A DNA stretch of 64,000 nt. It comes from Nitrososphaerota archaeon (lineage in GTDB: Archaea; Thermoproteota; EX4484-205; JAAOZP01). Below the pieces are notes generated by a model. The model ran no database searches and had not been told where the DNA came from. It saw only the letters and a list, made by a program, of their open reading frames with translations. Of the stretch, positions 29,307 to 39,350 are shown piece by piece. Made by a program: the position numbers and the translations under genes. The DNA lies in NCBI GenBank assembly GCA_011605725.1, contig JAAOZP010000017.1, positions 256,001-320,000 of the forward strand, written 5' to 3'. Each line of letters begins with the position of its first letter. Position 1 is the stretch's first letter.

Positions 29307-31583
29307 TCACTCCTCCTCCATCAGGCTGCTCGCAACAGCTTGCCCTAGGGATATTCCACCGTCGTTAGTCGGAACAATATTGTTGAAAAAGGCTTGGAAA
29401 CCTTTTTCCTCAGCTAAACGTTTAACCCTTGAGGAAAGTATCCTGTTCTGAAACACTCCTCCAGTTAAAACAACCGTGTCAACTCCCTCTTCAAGCCTTA
29501 TGGTGTCCGCCAGCTCGACAGTGAGCCTGGCGATGGTTTCGTGAAACCTTTGGCTGATTGTTTTAACCGGAGTATTGTCCTTAAGGTCTTCAACTATTGA
29601 GCGTATAATTGGAGCAGTGTCCACAACATACTCTTTCACACCCGTAATTTTAAACGGGTAGGCTCCTCTATCGACTCCTCCAGCAACCATCTCAAGCATT
29701 ACAGCCGGCTCCCCTTCAAAGGTTCTTGTTAAACATATTCCTAAAAGAGCTGAGACAGCGTCGAACATTCTTCCTAATCCGCACGTCATAGGAGTGTTAA
29801 TTCCCCTATCAATCATCCTCTTCAAAAACGTTTTAGCTTTCTCGCTCAGCCCAATGTTGATCTTTAAAGCATCCTCGCCCATTGAATCGTAAAGATAGCT
29901 GAAGGCCATTCTTGCAGGCTCCATAATAGCCTTCTCGCCCCCAGGCATGGGAACATATTTAAAATGGCCCCTCCTAACATATTCCCCTCTCCTAACGACT
30001 AGAAACTCCGACCCCCAGAGGCTCCCGTCCTCCCCGTAGCCTGTCCCGTCGAAAGCTATCCCCAAGACTTCTAAACCCAGGATGTTGTTCTCAGCCATTG
30101 CTGAGACAACATGAGCGTAATGATGCTGAACAGCTGTCTTCTCCCCGTCTAGCGAAGCTCCTATTTGAGTCGAGTAGTACGCTGGGTGAAGGTCGTGGGC
30201 GATCCTGCTGTACTTCAGGTTTAAAAGCCGCTGCATACTTCTAATCGCCTCAAGATACCTTCTCCTGATTAACATGTTCTCCAGATCACCCATATACTGG
30301 CTCATGAAAACCCTGCCTTTTTTCGCTAAAGCGAAAGTATTGTTCAGGTCAGCCCCCATCGCGAGCACACCGTCTACTCTAGGCTCAACCTCAACGGGTT
30401 CAGGCACGAAGCCCCGGCTCCTCCTGACTAGTCTAAGCCTGCCGTCTTGAACGAATCCTACCGAGTCGTCAGCGAAATTAACAATCCTACGGTTATAGGT
30501 GAGAACATAGTCAGCCATATTCTTAAACTTCTTAAACGCTTCACCGTCCCTGAAAACTATCGGCTCTTCAGAAATATTCCCACTCGTCAAAACTATTGCA
30601 GGAGGCTCGATGTTCCTCATGAGAATATGGTGTATCGGCGTATAGGGTAGGAAGACTCCGAGATACCTCATTCCCGGGGCAACCTCTTCGACAACAGGGT
30701 TCGGCTCTCTCTTTTTTGCGAGAATAATCGGGGCGGAATAATGAGTAAGCCATTCTCTCTCAGAATCGTTAAGCTCAACAATACCCTCAGCCTCCTTAAT
30801 ACTCTTAACCATTATGGCGAAAGGCTTATTGCCCCTTCTCTTCCTCCTTCTTAGCTCCAGGACGCTGCTCCTCCTAGTAGCGTCGCAGGCAAGGTGGAAA
30901 CCGCCATACCCTTTAACTGCAACTATGAAGCCACTGTTTATCAGTCTAGCCGCCTCGGAAATAGGGTTTTCAACCTTAATAGGCTTGTCCCCCTGGTAGA
31001 GCCTAACCGTCGGCCCACACCTGCTGCAAGCATTGGGCTCAGCCTTAAACCTTCTGCACGATGGTTCAGAATACTCCTTCTCGCAATCTCTACACATCTT
31101 GAACTTTCTCATACTCGTGTTAACCCTGTCATAAGGCAGTTTCTCAAGTATCGTGAATCGGGGACCGCAGTTTATGCAGTTTATGAACGGGTATAGGTAT
31201 CTCCTATCCTTAGGGTTAAACAGCTCGTTTAAACAATCTTTGCAGACAGCTACGTCAGGTGGGCAAAGCGTCTCAACCTCCTCACTAATTGTCTGCTCAA
31301 CCCTGAACTCTCTGTAGCCTCTCGGAGTTATCCTGGTGCAGGAGAATGTTTTAACAACAGCTCTAGGAGGCTTCTCAACCCTAAGCTTCTCCACGAAGCG
31401 TATACAATCCTCAGGTTTCCCCTCCACCTCTATTATTACACCGTTGCCGGAGTTTAATACGAAACCATTCAGGCCCAGGCTGCTAGCAATACGGTAGACG
31501 AAAGGCCTGTATCCAACTCCCTGCACAATACCGTTTATGTTAATCCGGTATGCTGCCACCTCCTCCGGCTTCTGACTGGGCAT
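29307..31583 (-). CDS. hypF: Carbamoyltransferase HypF
   Basis: GIVQGVGYRPFVY acylphosphatase domain, CxxC zinc fingers, LTSGN, DLHP.Y, QHHYAH, NDGGISLGQ. Confidence 0.96.
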   Translation of the reverse strand: MPSQKPEEVAAYRININGIVQGVGYRPFVYRIASSLGLNGFVLNSGNGVIIEVEGKPEDCIRFVEKLRVEKPPRAVVKTFSCTRITPRGYREFRVEQTISEEVETLCPPDVAVCKDCLNELFNPKDRRYLYPFINCINCGPRFTILEKLPYDRVNTSMRKFKMCRDCEKEYSEPSCRRFKAEPNACSRCGPTVRLYQGDKPIKVENPISEAARLINSGFIVAVKGYGGFHLACDATRRSSVLELRRRKRRGNKPFAIMVKSIKEAEGIVELNDSEREWLTHYSAPIILAKKREPNPVVEEVAPGMRYLGVFLPYTPIHHILMRNIEPPAIVLTSGNISEEPIVFRDGEAFKKFKNMADYVLTYNRRIVNFADDSVGFVQDGRLRLVRRSRGFVPEPVEVEPRVDGVLAMGADLNNTFALAKKGRVFMSQYMGDLENMLIRRRYLEAIRSMQRLLNLKYSRIAHDLHPAYYSTQIGASLDGEKTAVQHHYAHVVSAMAENNILGLEVLGIAFDGTGYGEDGSLWGSEFLVVRRGEYVRRGHFKYVPMPGGEKAIMEPARMAFSYLYDSMGEDALKINIGLSEKAKTFLKRMIDRGINTPMTCGLGRMFDAVSALLGICLTRTFEGEPAVMLEMVAGGVDRGAYPFKITGVKEYVVDTAPIIRSIVEDLKDNTPVKTISQRFHETIARLTVELADTIRLEEGVDTVVLTGGVFQNRILSSRVKRLAEEKGFQAFFNNIVPTNDGGISLGQAVASSLMEEE

Positions 31584-31775
31584 TTAATTTTCCGAAGCAT
31601 TTTACAACAGGATATAAATACGTTTTCTCCGAAATCACTAGTCCGCTCCTGTTTAAAAAGGCTTCAACAAGCATAGTATCAGGGATCATTCATTTTTAAA
31701 AGCGTATCCCCGGGTGCTTAAAGACGCTTGCACACTGCTTGTGGCTAACAGGGGGCTTCCAGACATTTAAAAATA

Positions 31776-32744
31776 TTAAATTGCGAGTAGACTGACCAGC
31801 CTATACTTCTCCTCATCTATCTTTTTAATGCTGGCGTACGAGTCCAGTAGGCTAATGTCCACAACTCTATTATCCCTCAGGCCTACAAGCCTATTCTTCT
31901 TACCTTCAGAAATCAGTTTAACAGCATGGTTTCCGAAGAGGCAGGCTAGGGTTCTCGACCTTGCCGACGGCACCCCGCCCCTTTGAATATGGCCCAGCAC
32001 AGTAACTCTGAAATCATACCCAGTCAACTCTCTGAGCCTTAAAGCTGTTTCGAAAGGGTCTCCCATTGCTCCCTCAGCCTTAACTATTATGCTGGACTTC
32101 TTGCCCAGTGAACCCATTTTCACAAGCCTCTGAGCAACATCTTCGTGAGACACCTGGTGCTCCGGTATAAGTGCGATTTCAGCACCAGAAGCAAGGGCGA
32201 CGTCCACAGCGAGGAACCCGCGATTCCTACCCATAACCTCAACTATGAAAACCCTCTCAAACGTTACTGCAGTATCCCTTATCTTGTCTATCGCCTCCAC
32301 AGCAGTGTTTACGGCAGTGTCGAAACCTATCGTTTCATCGATTCCAGCTATATCGTTGTCGATCGACGCAGCTAACACGGTGACGGGAATACCGCTAGCC
32401 TCGCTAATCTCCTTAGCACCCCTTAAAGACCCGTCTCCACCGATTGCAACCAGCCAGTCGACATTCCTAGACTTAAGGTTTTCCGACGCCTTCTCCAATC
32501 CTTCAGACGTCTTGAAAAGCTCACACCTGCTCGATTTCAGAATGCTTCCACCCGTGTTTATTATTCCACTAACATCCCTAGGACTGAGTTTTCTAAAAAC
32601 GTTTTCTATTAGACCCATGTATCCTCGCTCAACACCAAAAACCTCTAAACCCTGCGAGGCAGCAGACCGGACCAGCGCTCTGATCGCAGCGTTTACACCC
32701 GGAGCATCTCCTCCAGGAGTCACAAGTGCAATATTCATAGGCAA
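31776..32744 (-). CDS. pfkA: ATP-dependent 6-phosphofructokinase, bacterial PfkA type
   Basis: GGDAPG.NAAIR, IGGDGS, SIDND, IGFDTA, VEVMGR, LGHIQRGG. Confidence 0.92.
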   Translation of the reverse strand: MPMNIALVTPGGDAPGVNAAIRALVRSAASQGLEVFGVERGYMGLIENVFRKLSPRDVSGIINTGGSILKSSRCELFKTSEGLEKASENLKSRNVDWLVAIGGDGSLRGAKEISEASGIPVTVLAASIDNDIAGIDETIGFDTAVNTAVEAIDKIRDTAVTFERVFIVEVMGRNRGFLAVDVALASGAEIALIPEHQVSHEDVAQRLVKMGSLGKKSSIIVKAEGAMGDPFETALRLRELTGYDFRVTVLGHIQRGGVPSARSRTLACLFGNHAVKLISEGKKNRLVGLRDNRVVDISLLDSYASIKKIDEEKYRLVSLLAI

Positions 32745-32841
32745 ACACTCTTCAAAAATTCAGTTACCCGAGGGAAATATGCTTTTCCTATATACTACTC
32801 GGATTCAACAGGAGCCTCCTTCGATGTTTCAATGAAGGATG

Positions 32842-33546
32842 TTACCAGTTTTTAGCCAAGCTCCTCCTATATGCCTCTGCCTGAAGCCTCCGGATGGTTT
32901 CAGCCTGCTCAGCAGACAGCGAGTCAGGCTTCCCGCCTGGTTTAAACAGTCCAGCCAGGATTGAGGAGAAAACAGTGATCTTAGCACTCTCCTCCATTAT
33001 CTCCAGCCTGTAGTATGCTTCCCTCAGAGAAGAGCCGAGAGTAATAACGCCATGGTTCTTCAAAAGCATGCAGTCATGCGTTCTCGCAGCCTCCCCGGCT
33101 GCTTCAGCAAGCTCCTGTGAGCCCGGCGGGTAGAAAGGCAGGCTTGCAACCTTCTCCAGGAAAACCGCGTGGTCAGGGTAGAGGGGAGCATTCAGGTTAA
33201 GCCCCACCGTTGTCAGGGCTATGCAGAAAGGAGGGTGAGCATGTATGACGGCGTTAACATCATCCCTGGCTAGGTGGCAGCGGGCTAGAACCCCGACCTC
33301 CATAGATGGTTTTAAAACCCCCTTCACCACTTTAAGCGTCTTCAAATCCACCTCCACGAAGTCCTCGGGTCTAAGCTCCCCAAGGTTGAAGCCACTTGGC
33401 TTAACAAATATCGTGGTGCCACGGCTCAGCCTAGCGCTTAAAGTTCCACCAGGGCCCGTGGCCAGCTTAGTATTATAAATAGCGTGAGCATAGTTGGTGA
33501 GTGCTCTCCTCAATTCTTCCTCAGACGAGTTAATACTGTGCTGCAT
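32842..33546 (-). CDS. Class II aldolase/adducin family protein (fuculose-1-phosphate aldolase-like)
   Basis: KPSG, KPSME, AVIHAHPP, LLKNHG. Confidence 0.88.
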   Translation of the reverse strand: MQHSINSSEEELRRALTNYAHAIYNTKLATGPGGTLSARLSRGTTIFVKPSGFNLGELRPEDFVEVDLKTLKVVKGVLKPSMEVGVLARCHLARDDVNAVIHAHPPFCIALTTVGLNLNAPLYPDHAVFLEKVASLPFYPPGSQELAEAAGEAARTHDCMLLKNHGVITLGSSLREAYYRLEIMEESAKITVFSSILAGLFKPGGKPDSLSAEQAETIRRLQAEAYRRSLAKNW

Positions 33547-33698
33547 CCTGACTGAGAACGTTGTTCAAAATAAAAATATTTTGCCTTCGACAACCGTGTG
33601 CAAAGGTAGGTGACGGTTTCAGGCGTGAACAATTAGGATCAGGCGGTTAGAAAGCCTATTGGGCAGAAGATTCGGTAAGCGGAGAGTAAACACGCGCG

Positions 33699-34673
33699 CT
33701 AAAGATCCAGCCATGTTCCAAGGCCTTTATCCAGAGCCCTCCTGTATATTTCGGGAGCCACTGCCATGTCTTCTAGAGCCAGCCCAAGGTTCATGGCCAT
33801 CGTCCTCTCATCCTCCCTCTCCCTACCGGGCTTAAGACCATTAACTATCTCCCCGAGGTCAGCGTAAGGGTCGGGTGTTGAACGGAAATACCCTATGCTC
33901 CTGTAGTACTGGAACTGCGCATGGTCGTCCGTGCTTATCTTGTCAAACTGGGCCAGCGCTTCCGGCTTCCAATAGCTGTCGAAGTCCAATGCGCTTGCAA
34001 ACCCTCCTGGCTGAAGCCAGTCCCTGCCGATCGCCGGCCTAGGATTCTTCAAAATAGGGCCGGAGGTCACCACGATGTCGCTTTTAACCACGGCTTCCAG
34101 AGGCTCGTTAACACCAATTATTTCAACACCAAGCTTCTCCCCCATATCTTTCACATATTTTTCCTGTGTCTTTTTCGAAATATCGTAAGCGTAGACACGC
34201 CTTATTTTAAACATGCATGCTAAGGCCTCCAGGTTTGTACGTCCCTGCACACCGCAGGCCAGTATACCGACAGTCTCGCTATCGTGTCTAGCCAAGTACT
34301 TTGCTGACAAAGCTGTTGCAGCACCAGTTCGATAAGCAGTTATCCAGGTGCAATCCATGACTGCGTACGGCAGGCCGGTTTCAACATCGTTTAATATGAG
34401 GAGCCCACTTATGTACGGGAGGCCATGCTTATAGTTCTCCGGATAACCGCTAACCCATTTTATTCCGGCTGATTTCATCGACGGGATGTACGCCGGCATC
34501 GCGTGGATGAAAGCATCTGGCTTCGTGTGAATACCTGGTTTAGGAGGCATTTCCACGAGGCCCTGGCCCTTAAGCTTGAAAGCCTCCTCCAGAAGCCCGA
34601 TTATTGTTTTCAAGTCGAGAGCTGCTTTTTCAACATCTGAACGTGACAAGTATAGTAGTCTACGATTGTTCAT
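33699..34673 (-). CDS. Ornithine cyclodeaminase / mu-crystallin family protein
   Basis: MPPK, HAMPAY, GIKWVS.YPEN, RTGAA, G.QG, GLALED.AVA. True start taken at MNNRR (34673). Confidence 0.9.
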   Translation of the reverse strand: MNNRRLLYLSRSDVEKAALDLKTIIGLLEEAFKLKGQGLVEMPPKPGIHTKPDAFIHAMPAYIPSMKSAGIKWVSGYPENYKHGLPYISGLLILNDVETGLPYAVMDCTWITAYRTGAATALSAKYLARHDSETVGILACGVQGRTNLEALACMFKIRRVYAYDISKKTQEKYVKDMGEKLGVEIIGVNEPLEAVVKSDIVVTSGPILKNPRPAIGRDWLQPGGFASALDFDSYWKPEALAQFDKISTDDHAQFQYYRSIGYFRSTPDPYADLGEIVNGLKPGREREDERTMAMNLGLALEDMAVAPEIYRRALDKGLGTWLDL

Positions 34674-34782
34674 CAGCTTATCGGGGCAGGAGCAAGCATA
34701 AAAACATTTTAACACTATTCTGCAGGGTTGTGTAAACAGTTTAAGCAATACTTTTTTAAACAAGTTAGGAATGTTAGGTTTT

Positions 34783-35739
34783 ATGGGCAGCAGGGAATCA
34801 TCAGTAGAATGGTTCAGGAAAGCTAGGCTCGGAATATTCATCCACTGGGGAATCTACTCGATACTTGGAAGAGGAGAATGGGTAATGCATAATGAGAAGA
34901 TAAGCATCCAAGAATATGAGAAGCTTGCAACCCGTTTTAACCCTGTTGGGTTTAACGCTGAGGAATGGGTAAGTGTTTTCAAAGATGCTGGTGCTAAATA
35001 CATTACTTTCACCACTAAGCATCACGACGGCTTCTGCATGTATGATTCCAGGCTCACAGACTACAAGGTTACGAAGACACCTTTCCGCAGAGATGTCTTA
35101 AGAGGGCTGACGGAGGCGGCTAGGAAAGCGGGGCTTAAAGTGTTCTTCTACTACTCTCTTCTAGACTGGCATCATCCGGATTACTATCCTCTTGGGCTAA
35201 CCGGTCAATACTCTGGCAGGAAGCCGGGTGGAGACTGGGGGAAGTATCTGAACTACTATATTGGGCAGGTGAGGGAGCTTTGCGAGAACTATGGTGAAGT
35301 AGGAGGATTCTGGTTCGACGGGTGGTGGGACAAGCCTGATGCTGACTGGCGTTTAAAAGACCTCTACGAGACTATACGTTCACTCCAGCCCTCGGCCCTC
35401 ATAGGCAACAACCATCATGTAGACCCCTTTCCCGGTGAGGATTTTCAAATATTCGAGCAGGATGCTCCAGGAGAAAACACAGCTGGATTCAACAAGGCTA
35501 AGGTTTCAAACCTAGCGTTGGAAACCTGCATGACTATCAACAACAGCTGGGGCTATAATGAGAATGATAGGAACTACAAGTCTAGCGCAGAACTAATAGA
35601 GATTTTGAAGAAAGTTAATGGGCTTGGCGCAAACCTGCTTCTAAACGTTGGACCACTGCCGAGCGGTAGACTTGACCCGGAGCAGGTTAAGAGGCTTAGA
35701 GAAGTCGGTGCATGGGTAAGGAAGAACTATGGTTTTTAA
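34783..35739 (+). CDS. Alpha-L-fucosidase (GH29), catalytic domain only
   Basis: GIFIHWGIYS, TKHHDGF, DWHHPDY, WFDG nucleophile, ETCMTI..SWGY, LLLNVGP. Confidence 0.93.
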   Translation: MGSRESSVEWFRKARLGIFIHWGIYSILGRGEWVMHNEKISIQEYEKLATRFNPVGFNAEEWVSVFKDAGAKYITFTTKHHDGFCMYDSRLTDYKVTKTPFRRDVLRGLTEAARKAGLKVFFYYSLLDWHHPDYYPLGLTGQYSGRKPGGDWGKYLNYYIGQVRELCENYGEVGGFWFDGWWDKPDADWRLKDLYETIRSLQPSALIGNNHHVDPFPGEDFQIFEQDAPGENTAGFNKAKVSNLALETCMTINNSWGYNENDRNYKSSAELIEILKKVNGLGANLLLNVGPLPSGRLDPEQVKRLREVGAWVRKNYGF

Positions 35740-35760
35740 ACTCGTTTAACATGATGCAGA

Positions 35761-36750
35761 ATGCGTAATACTCGAGTAGTCCTCTTTTCGCTCATTCTTT
35801 CAGCAATCTTCTCATACGCATTGCTTTACTCCACGCTTGAGCTCCCAGTTCTTTTAAACGAGCTATTCGCAGAGTTTACTCCTCATTACGGCGCTGGAGA
35901 TTGGAATGAGGCTGAAAAATTCGTGGAATCTGTAAGACCACTGGGCTATCTAAGCCTAGGGGCTACTGTAATCCTGATAGTCCTCGGGTTCGCACTCGGC
36001 AAATACAAGCTGAGCCTCCTGGGTTCAGCCAGCCTTCTCCTCCCAACGTTCAGCTATTTCGCCTCAGTCATGTTCTTCCTATCCGGAATAGGTTTCTTAA
36101 GGATCGTTTGGCTCCCCATTATAGAGCTCTCACCAGGATCCTCAATCTATGAGAAGATAAGTGCTGCAAGCAATATTCTTGAGCTTGGGGACATTGCTTA
36201 CCTGCCATACGACTTTTTAAGAATAGTGTTAAGCCCCTTCGACGGGAAGCATCTTGATGAAACCCTCTTCAAAACAATAGTTTTTGCAGCGTCAATACTG
36301 TTTTTCTCAAGCTGTGCAACATGGTTTTACGCCAGGTTTAAGGGAAAGGGTTTCGCAGACATGCTGGTCTACAATTATTCGAGGCACCCCCAGTACTTAA
36401 GCTTCCTGGTTTGGAGTTACGGGCTACTGGTTTACGACAAGTATGTTTTCACACCTCCAAAAGGAGGTTTCTTCGCGCCCCCGCCACTGCTTTGGGTCAC
36501 CACAGCCCTTATCATTATCGGGGTAGCTCTACGCGAGGAGAAAGATATGCTTAGGAAACACGGTCTGAAGTATGCTGACTACCGGTTTAGAACGCCTTTC
36601 ATGCTTCCGTTGACACGACCAGTTGCAAGGATGCTGAAGACTCCGGTTAAGCTTTTTTTCAAGAAAGATTATCCTGAGAATACGATAGAGATTGCCGTGA
36701 CGCTGACTTTTTACGGTTTAATCCTGCTGGTTCTTTCAGCATTATATTGA
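35761..36750 (+). CDS. Polytopic membrane protein with PEMT/ICMT-like C-terminal motif
   Basis: Several TM helices; Y.YSRHPQY and EE...L..HG..Y.DY...TPF motifs. Confidence 0.65.
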   Translation: MRNTRVVLFSLILSAIFSYALLYSTLELPVLLNELFAEFTPHYGAGDWNEAEKFVESVRPLGYLSLGATVILIVLGFALGKYKLSLLGSASLLLPTFSYFASVMFFLSGIGFLRIVWLPIIELSPGSSIYEKISAASNILELGDIAYLPYDFLRIVLSPFDGKHLDETLFKTIVFAASILFFSSCATWFYARFKGKGFADMLVYNYSRHPQYLSFLVWSYGLLVYDKYVFTPPKGGFFAPPPLLWVTTALIIIGVALREEKDMLRKHGLKYADYRFRTPFMLPLTRPVARMLKTPVKLFFKKDYPENTIEIAVTLTFYGLILLVLSALY

Positions 36751-36840
36751 AAAATTTTCGTTGGAAAAGGGTTTTTACTGGAGATCTTTAAATTAATTCT
36801 TCAAGCTAGTCTTTAATGCTCGTGAAGATTCCTTAAATTT

Positions 36841-36918
36841 CGGTTTAAATCAGTTTACTTTAGTTCATTTCAGTTTAAAAGGGTTTAAGGTTTTTAAACA
36901 ATGGAAAAAGCTTAAATA
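36841..36918 (+). promoter_or_regulatory. Five 10-bp-phased GTT(T/C)A repeats followed by BRE/TATA (GAAAAAG-CTTAAATA)
   Basis: cggtttaaat / cagtttactt / tagttcattt / cagtttaaaa / gggtttaagg at 36841-36890, with a TATA-like box at 36911-36918. Confidence 0.55.
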
Positions 36919-36940
36919 TGCTGGTGAACAATACTACACT

Positions 36941-37037
36941 GAGGGGCGGGGGGAGGGGTCGAAAAGGTGACAGCGACACACGTGGAAAGAAGTACTTTTG
37001 TCAGAGGATCGTCTAAAACCCTAGACCCCTCGTTTCC
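36941..37037 (+). ncRNA. Candidate structured 5' leader or small ncRNA
   Basis: GC-rich segment starting about 23 nt after the TATA box. GAGGGGTC (36953-60) pairs with GACCCCTC (37024-31); inner TGACA/TGTCA; competing GTCTA/TAGAC hairpin. Confidence 0.35.
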
Positions 37038-37054
37038 AAGGAGGTGTTTCACAG

Positions 37055-37261
37055 GTGAGCTGGAGTGAGAGCGAGGAGGAACTGCTCAGATACCTGAAAG
37101 CCGAGCTTAAGAAAATAAGGGAGAAGAAAGACGTCGCCATAGGACAGGATGCCTATACGCTGCTATGCAAGAAGGAGAGGACCTTGATGGAAGAGATTTC
37201 GAAGCTTTACGCTCGGCGTCAGGTTGCGCAGCAGGCGGCTAAGGTTAAGGCTCCTCTTTAA
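37055..37261 (+). CDS. Small coiled-coil hypothetical protein (68 aa)
   Basis: Strong SD AAGGAGGTG before GTG; charged amphipathic helices. Confidence 0.7.
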   Translation: MSWSESEEELLRYLKAELKKIREKKDVAIGQDAYTLLCKKERTLMEEISKLYARRQVAQQAAKVKAPL

Positions 37262-37327
37262 AAATCATAGAGCTAGCGTTTACAAGTTAGACTAAGGTTT
37301 TTAAGCCTGAATCAATCCTCTCAAGTA

Positions 37328-38230
37328 ATGAGTGGGAAGGAAGAGGGCAAGATAGTTTTAACCGGGCTGCTTAAAGAGTATAGAGGCTTTTTCACAAGGG
37401 TAATGGAGTCCGGGGACGAGGATAGAATAAGGCTGGCTGCGGTTTTCAACGACTGGATTGGCGACTCGATGAAGGAGGCAACGGATGCTGCGGAAAAAGC
37501 GTTCCTGCTACGTTCAATTTTCGCAATTGCTAAGAGACTGCTTGAATCAAGGCTTAGCGATGATAGGCTTTCTAAGATAATCTTGATAATCAGCAACCTG
37601 AGGTCGCGGCAAGATTCTCAAGACGCCTTGTTCAACGCTGAATACTTGAAGCTGCAGCTTTTCGAAGACTGTGGGCTAGACTCCGGAGAAATAGACTGGG
37701 AGCTGGTGGACAAGTATCTGGAGCATTGGGCTGAGGCCTCGAGTAAGGATGAGATCGACATTACCTATTATAAGCGGAATGAGGATGGGAAGATAGTTGC
37801 TGACAACAGTAGGATTGCTGAGGCTGGCCCAGCCTTCTTCAAACACTGCTCGGCGGAATGCGTTGAATGGTTCTACAGCATGATGCTTAGGCCAATAGAC
37901 TATACTCCGGACTCGCTGGCTGAGCTTGACAACGTTATCGACACATACTGGCCCAAGGAGCTTTTCAAAGACGTAGATATTGAGGATGAGAAAAACATTT
38001 ATGGCACTATATTGCTGAGGCTGGTCCTCATGACCGGCAGCTTCTTTGGTGAAGTGCTCGTTAGAAACCTTAAGGGCAAGTGGGAGAAAGCTGAACCATC
38101 GGGATGGAGTATTCTCCTGGGAGATTCAAGGATAGACGTGTTCAGGACAGCTGAGGAATCGCTCAGAGGCCCGTCAAGGTTCTACGACGCGTTTAAACTC
38201 GCGGAGAAAATCAGCATATCCGGAGTCTAG
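37328..38230 (+). CDS. Hypothetical protein (acidic, helical)
   Basis: 300-aa ORF. The C-terminal DYTPDSL..LD...G.FFGEVLVRNL.GKW segment resembles DUF3806/DUF6278-like domains (uncertain). Confidence 0.6.
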   Translation: MSGKEEGKIVLTGLLKEYRGFFTRVMESGDEDRIRLAAVFNDWIGDSMKEATDAAEKAFLLRSIFAIAKRLLESRLSDDRLSKIILIISNLRSRQDSQDALFNAEYLKLQLFEDCGLDSGEIDWELVDKYLEHWAEASSKDEIDITYYKRNEDGKIVADNSRIAEAGPAFFKHCSAECVEWFYSMMLRPIDYTPDSLAELDNVIDTYWPKELFKDVDIEDEKNIYGTILLRLVLMTGSFFGEVLVRNLKGKWEKAEPSGWSILLGDSRIDVFRTAEESLRGPSRFYDAFKLAEKISISGV

Positions 38231-38317
38231 CTTTTAAAAAGATGCTTCAAAGGCTTGTGACGTCTCCATAGTGATAAAAACTTTTAAGCCGGTGGAAGCA
38301 AAGCTACGTTAACAGTA

Positions 38318-39346
38318 TTGATTATTCTGCTCACTACAAACCCGGGTATTGAAGACATCGTTGAGAAAGAGGTTGAAGAGGTTTTAGAAGCACGAGCATT
38401 AAGGTTTCACGGTCTTCCTGGTAGGATTAGTGTTGAAATCGGAGAAGAGAAGCTGGGCAAAGTTTTCTCCTTACGCTCAATATATCACGTTGTGAAACAC
38501 GTGTCCGTTTTAGAAATAAGAACAGGGGAAGAAGGCCTGCTTGATATTTACAACGGGTTGAAAAGCATCGAAATAGAGGATTTGAGAAACGTTGAAACCT
38601 TTAGGGTTACGTGTCAGAGAATAGGCGAGCATGCTTTCACCTCTGTCCAAGTTCAGAAGTACGCTGGGCAAGCCCTTGTCGAGAAGTACAGCAGGAAAGT
38701 CAGTTTAAAAAGCTTCGATGTAAACATTGTCTGCGACGTAATAGGGAGTAAATGCTACGTTGGAGTCCAATTAACAAGAGAACCTCTGCATAAGAGGTTT
38801 GAAAGACCTTTCAACCATCCGGCTGCGATAAAAGCGCCACTGGCCTACGGAATGCTGAGAATAGCAGAGGTTAAGAACGGAAGCGTTCTGCTGGATCCTT
38901 TCTGCGGAGGAGGCACAATCCCTATAGAGGCGGCTCAGGTTTGGGACGGTAGGATAACGATTTTCGGCAGTGATATTAACAGCAGGTTTCTAGAGGGCGC
39001 TAGGAAAAACGCTGCAGCAGCAGGGGTTGAGAAACATGTTTCGTTCAGAATTGCGGATGCCCGGAGGCTTGAAGACTACTATGATTCAACCATAGATAGA
39101 GTGGTGACTAATCCTCCATACGGTATCCGTATGGATATGGAGAAGAATCTTAAAGAAACGTACTTCCGCTTTCTACACTCTGCTTCGAAAATAGTTAAGC
39201 CAGACGGCCGGATAGTAGTGATAAGCCTTAAGGCGACGGCTTTCCGAAGCATTGTTTTCAAGACGAAAAGGTTCAAACTGGTTCATGAAAGAGTTGTTGA
39301 AACAGGCGGGCTTTACCCCCACATTTTCGTTTTAGAGAAGCTTTAA
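38318..39346 (+). CDS. trm14: THUMP-domain tRNA (guanine-N2) methyltransferase, Trm14-like
   Basis: LLTTNPGIEDI, THUMP TFRV..RIGEHAFTS, HPAAIK, DPFCGGGTIPIEAA, NPPYG. Confidence 0.85.
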   Translation: MIILLTTNPGIEDIVEKEVEEVLEARALRFHGLPGRISVEIGEEKLGKVFSLRSIYHVVKHVSVLEIRTGEEGLLDIYNGLKSIEIEDLRNVETFRVTCQRIGEHAFTSVQVQKYAGQALVEKYSRKVSLKSFDVNIVCDVIGSKCYVGVQLTREPLHKRFERPFNHPAAIKAPLAYGMLRIAEVKNGSVLLDPFCGGGTIPIEAAQVWDGRITIFGSDINSRFLEGARKNAAAAGVEKHVSFRIADARRLEDYYDSTIDRVVTNPPYGIRMDMEKNLKETYFRFLHSASKIVKPDGRIVVISLKATAFRSIVFKTKRFKLVHERVVETGGLYPHIFVLEKL

Positions 39347-39350
39347 ACAT

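Noticed and set aside
34674-34841. N-terminal extension of the cyclodeaminase ORF
   Set aside because: It overlaps the divergent fucosidase gene and its promoter; family similarity begins at 34673.
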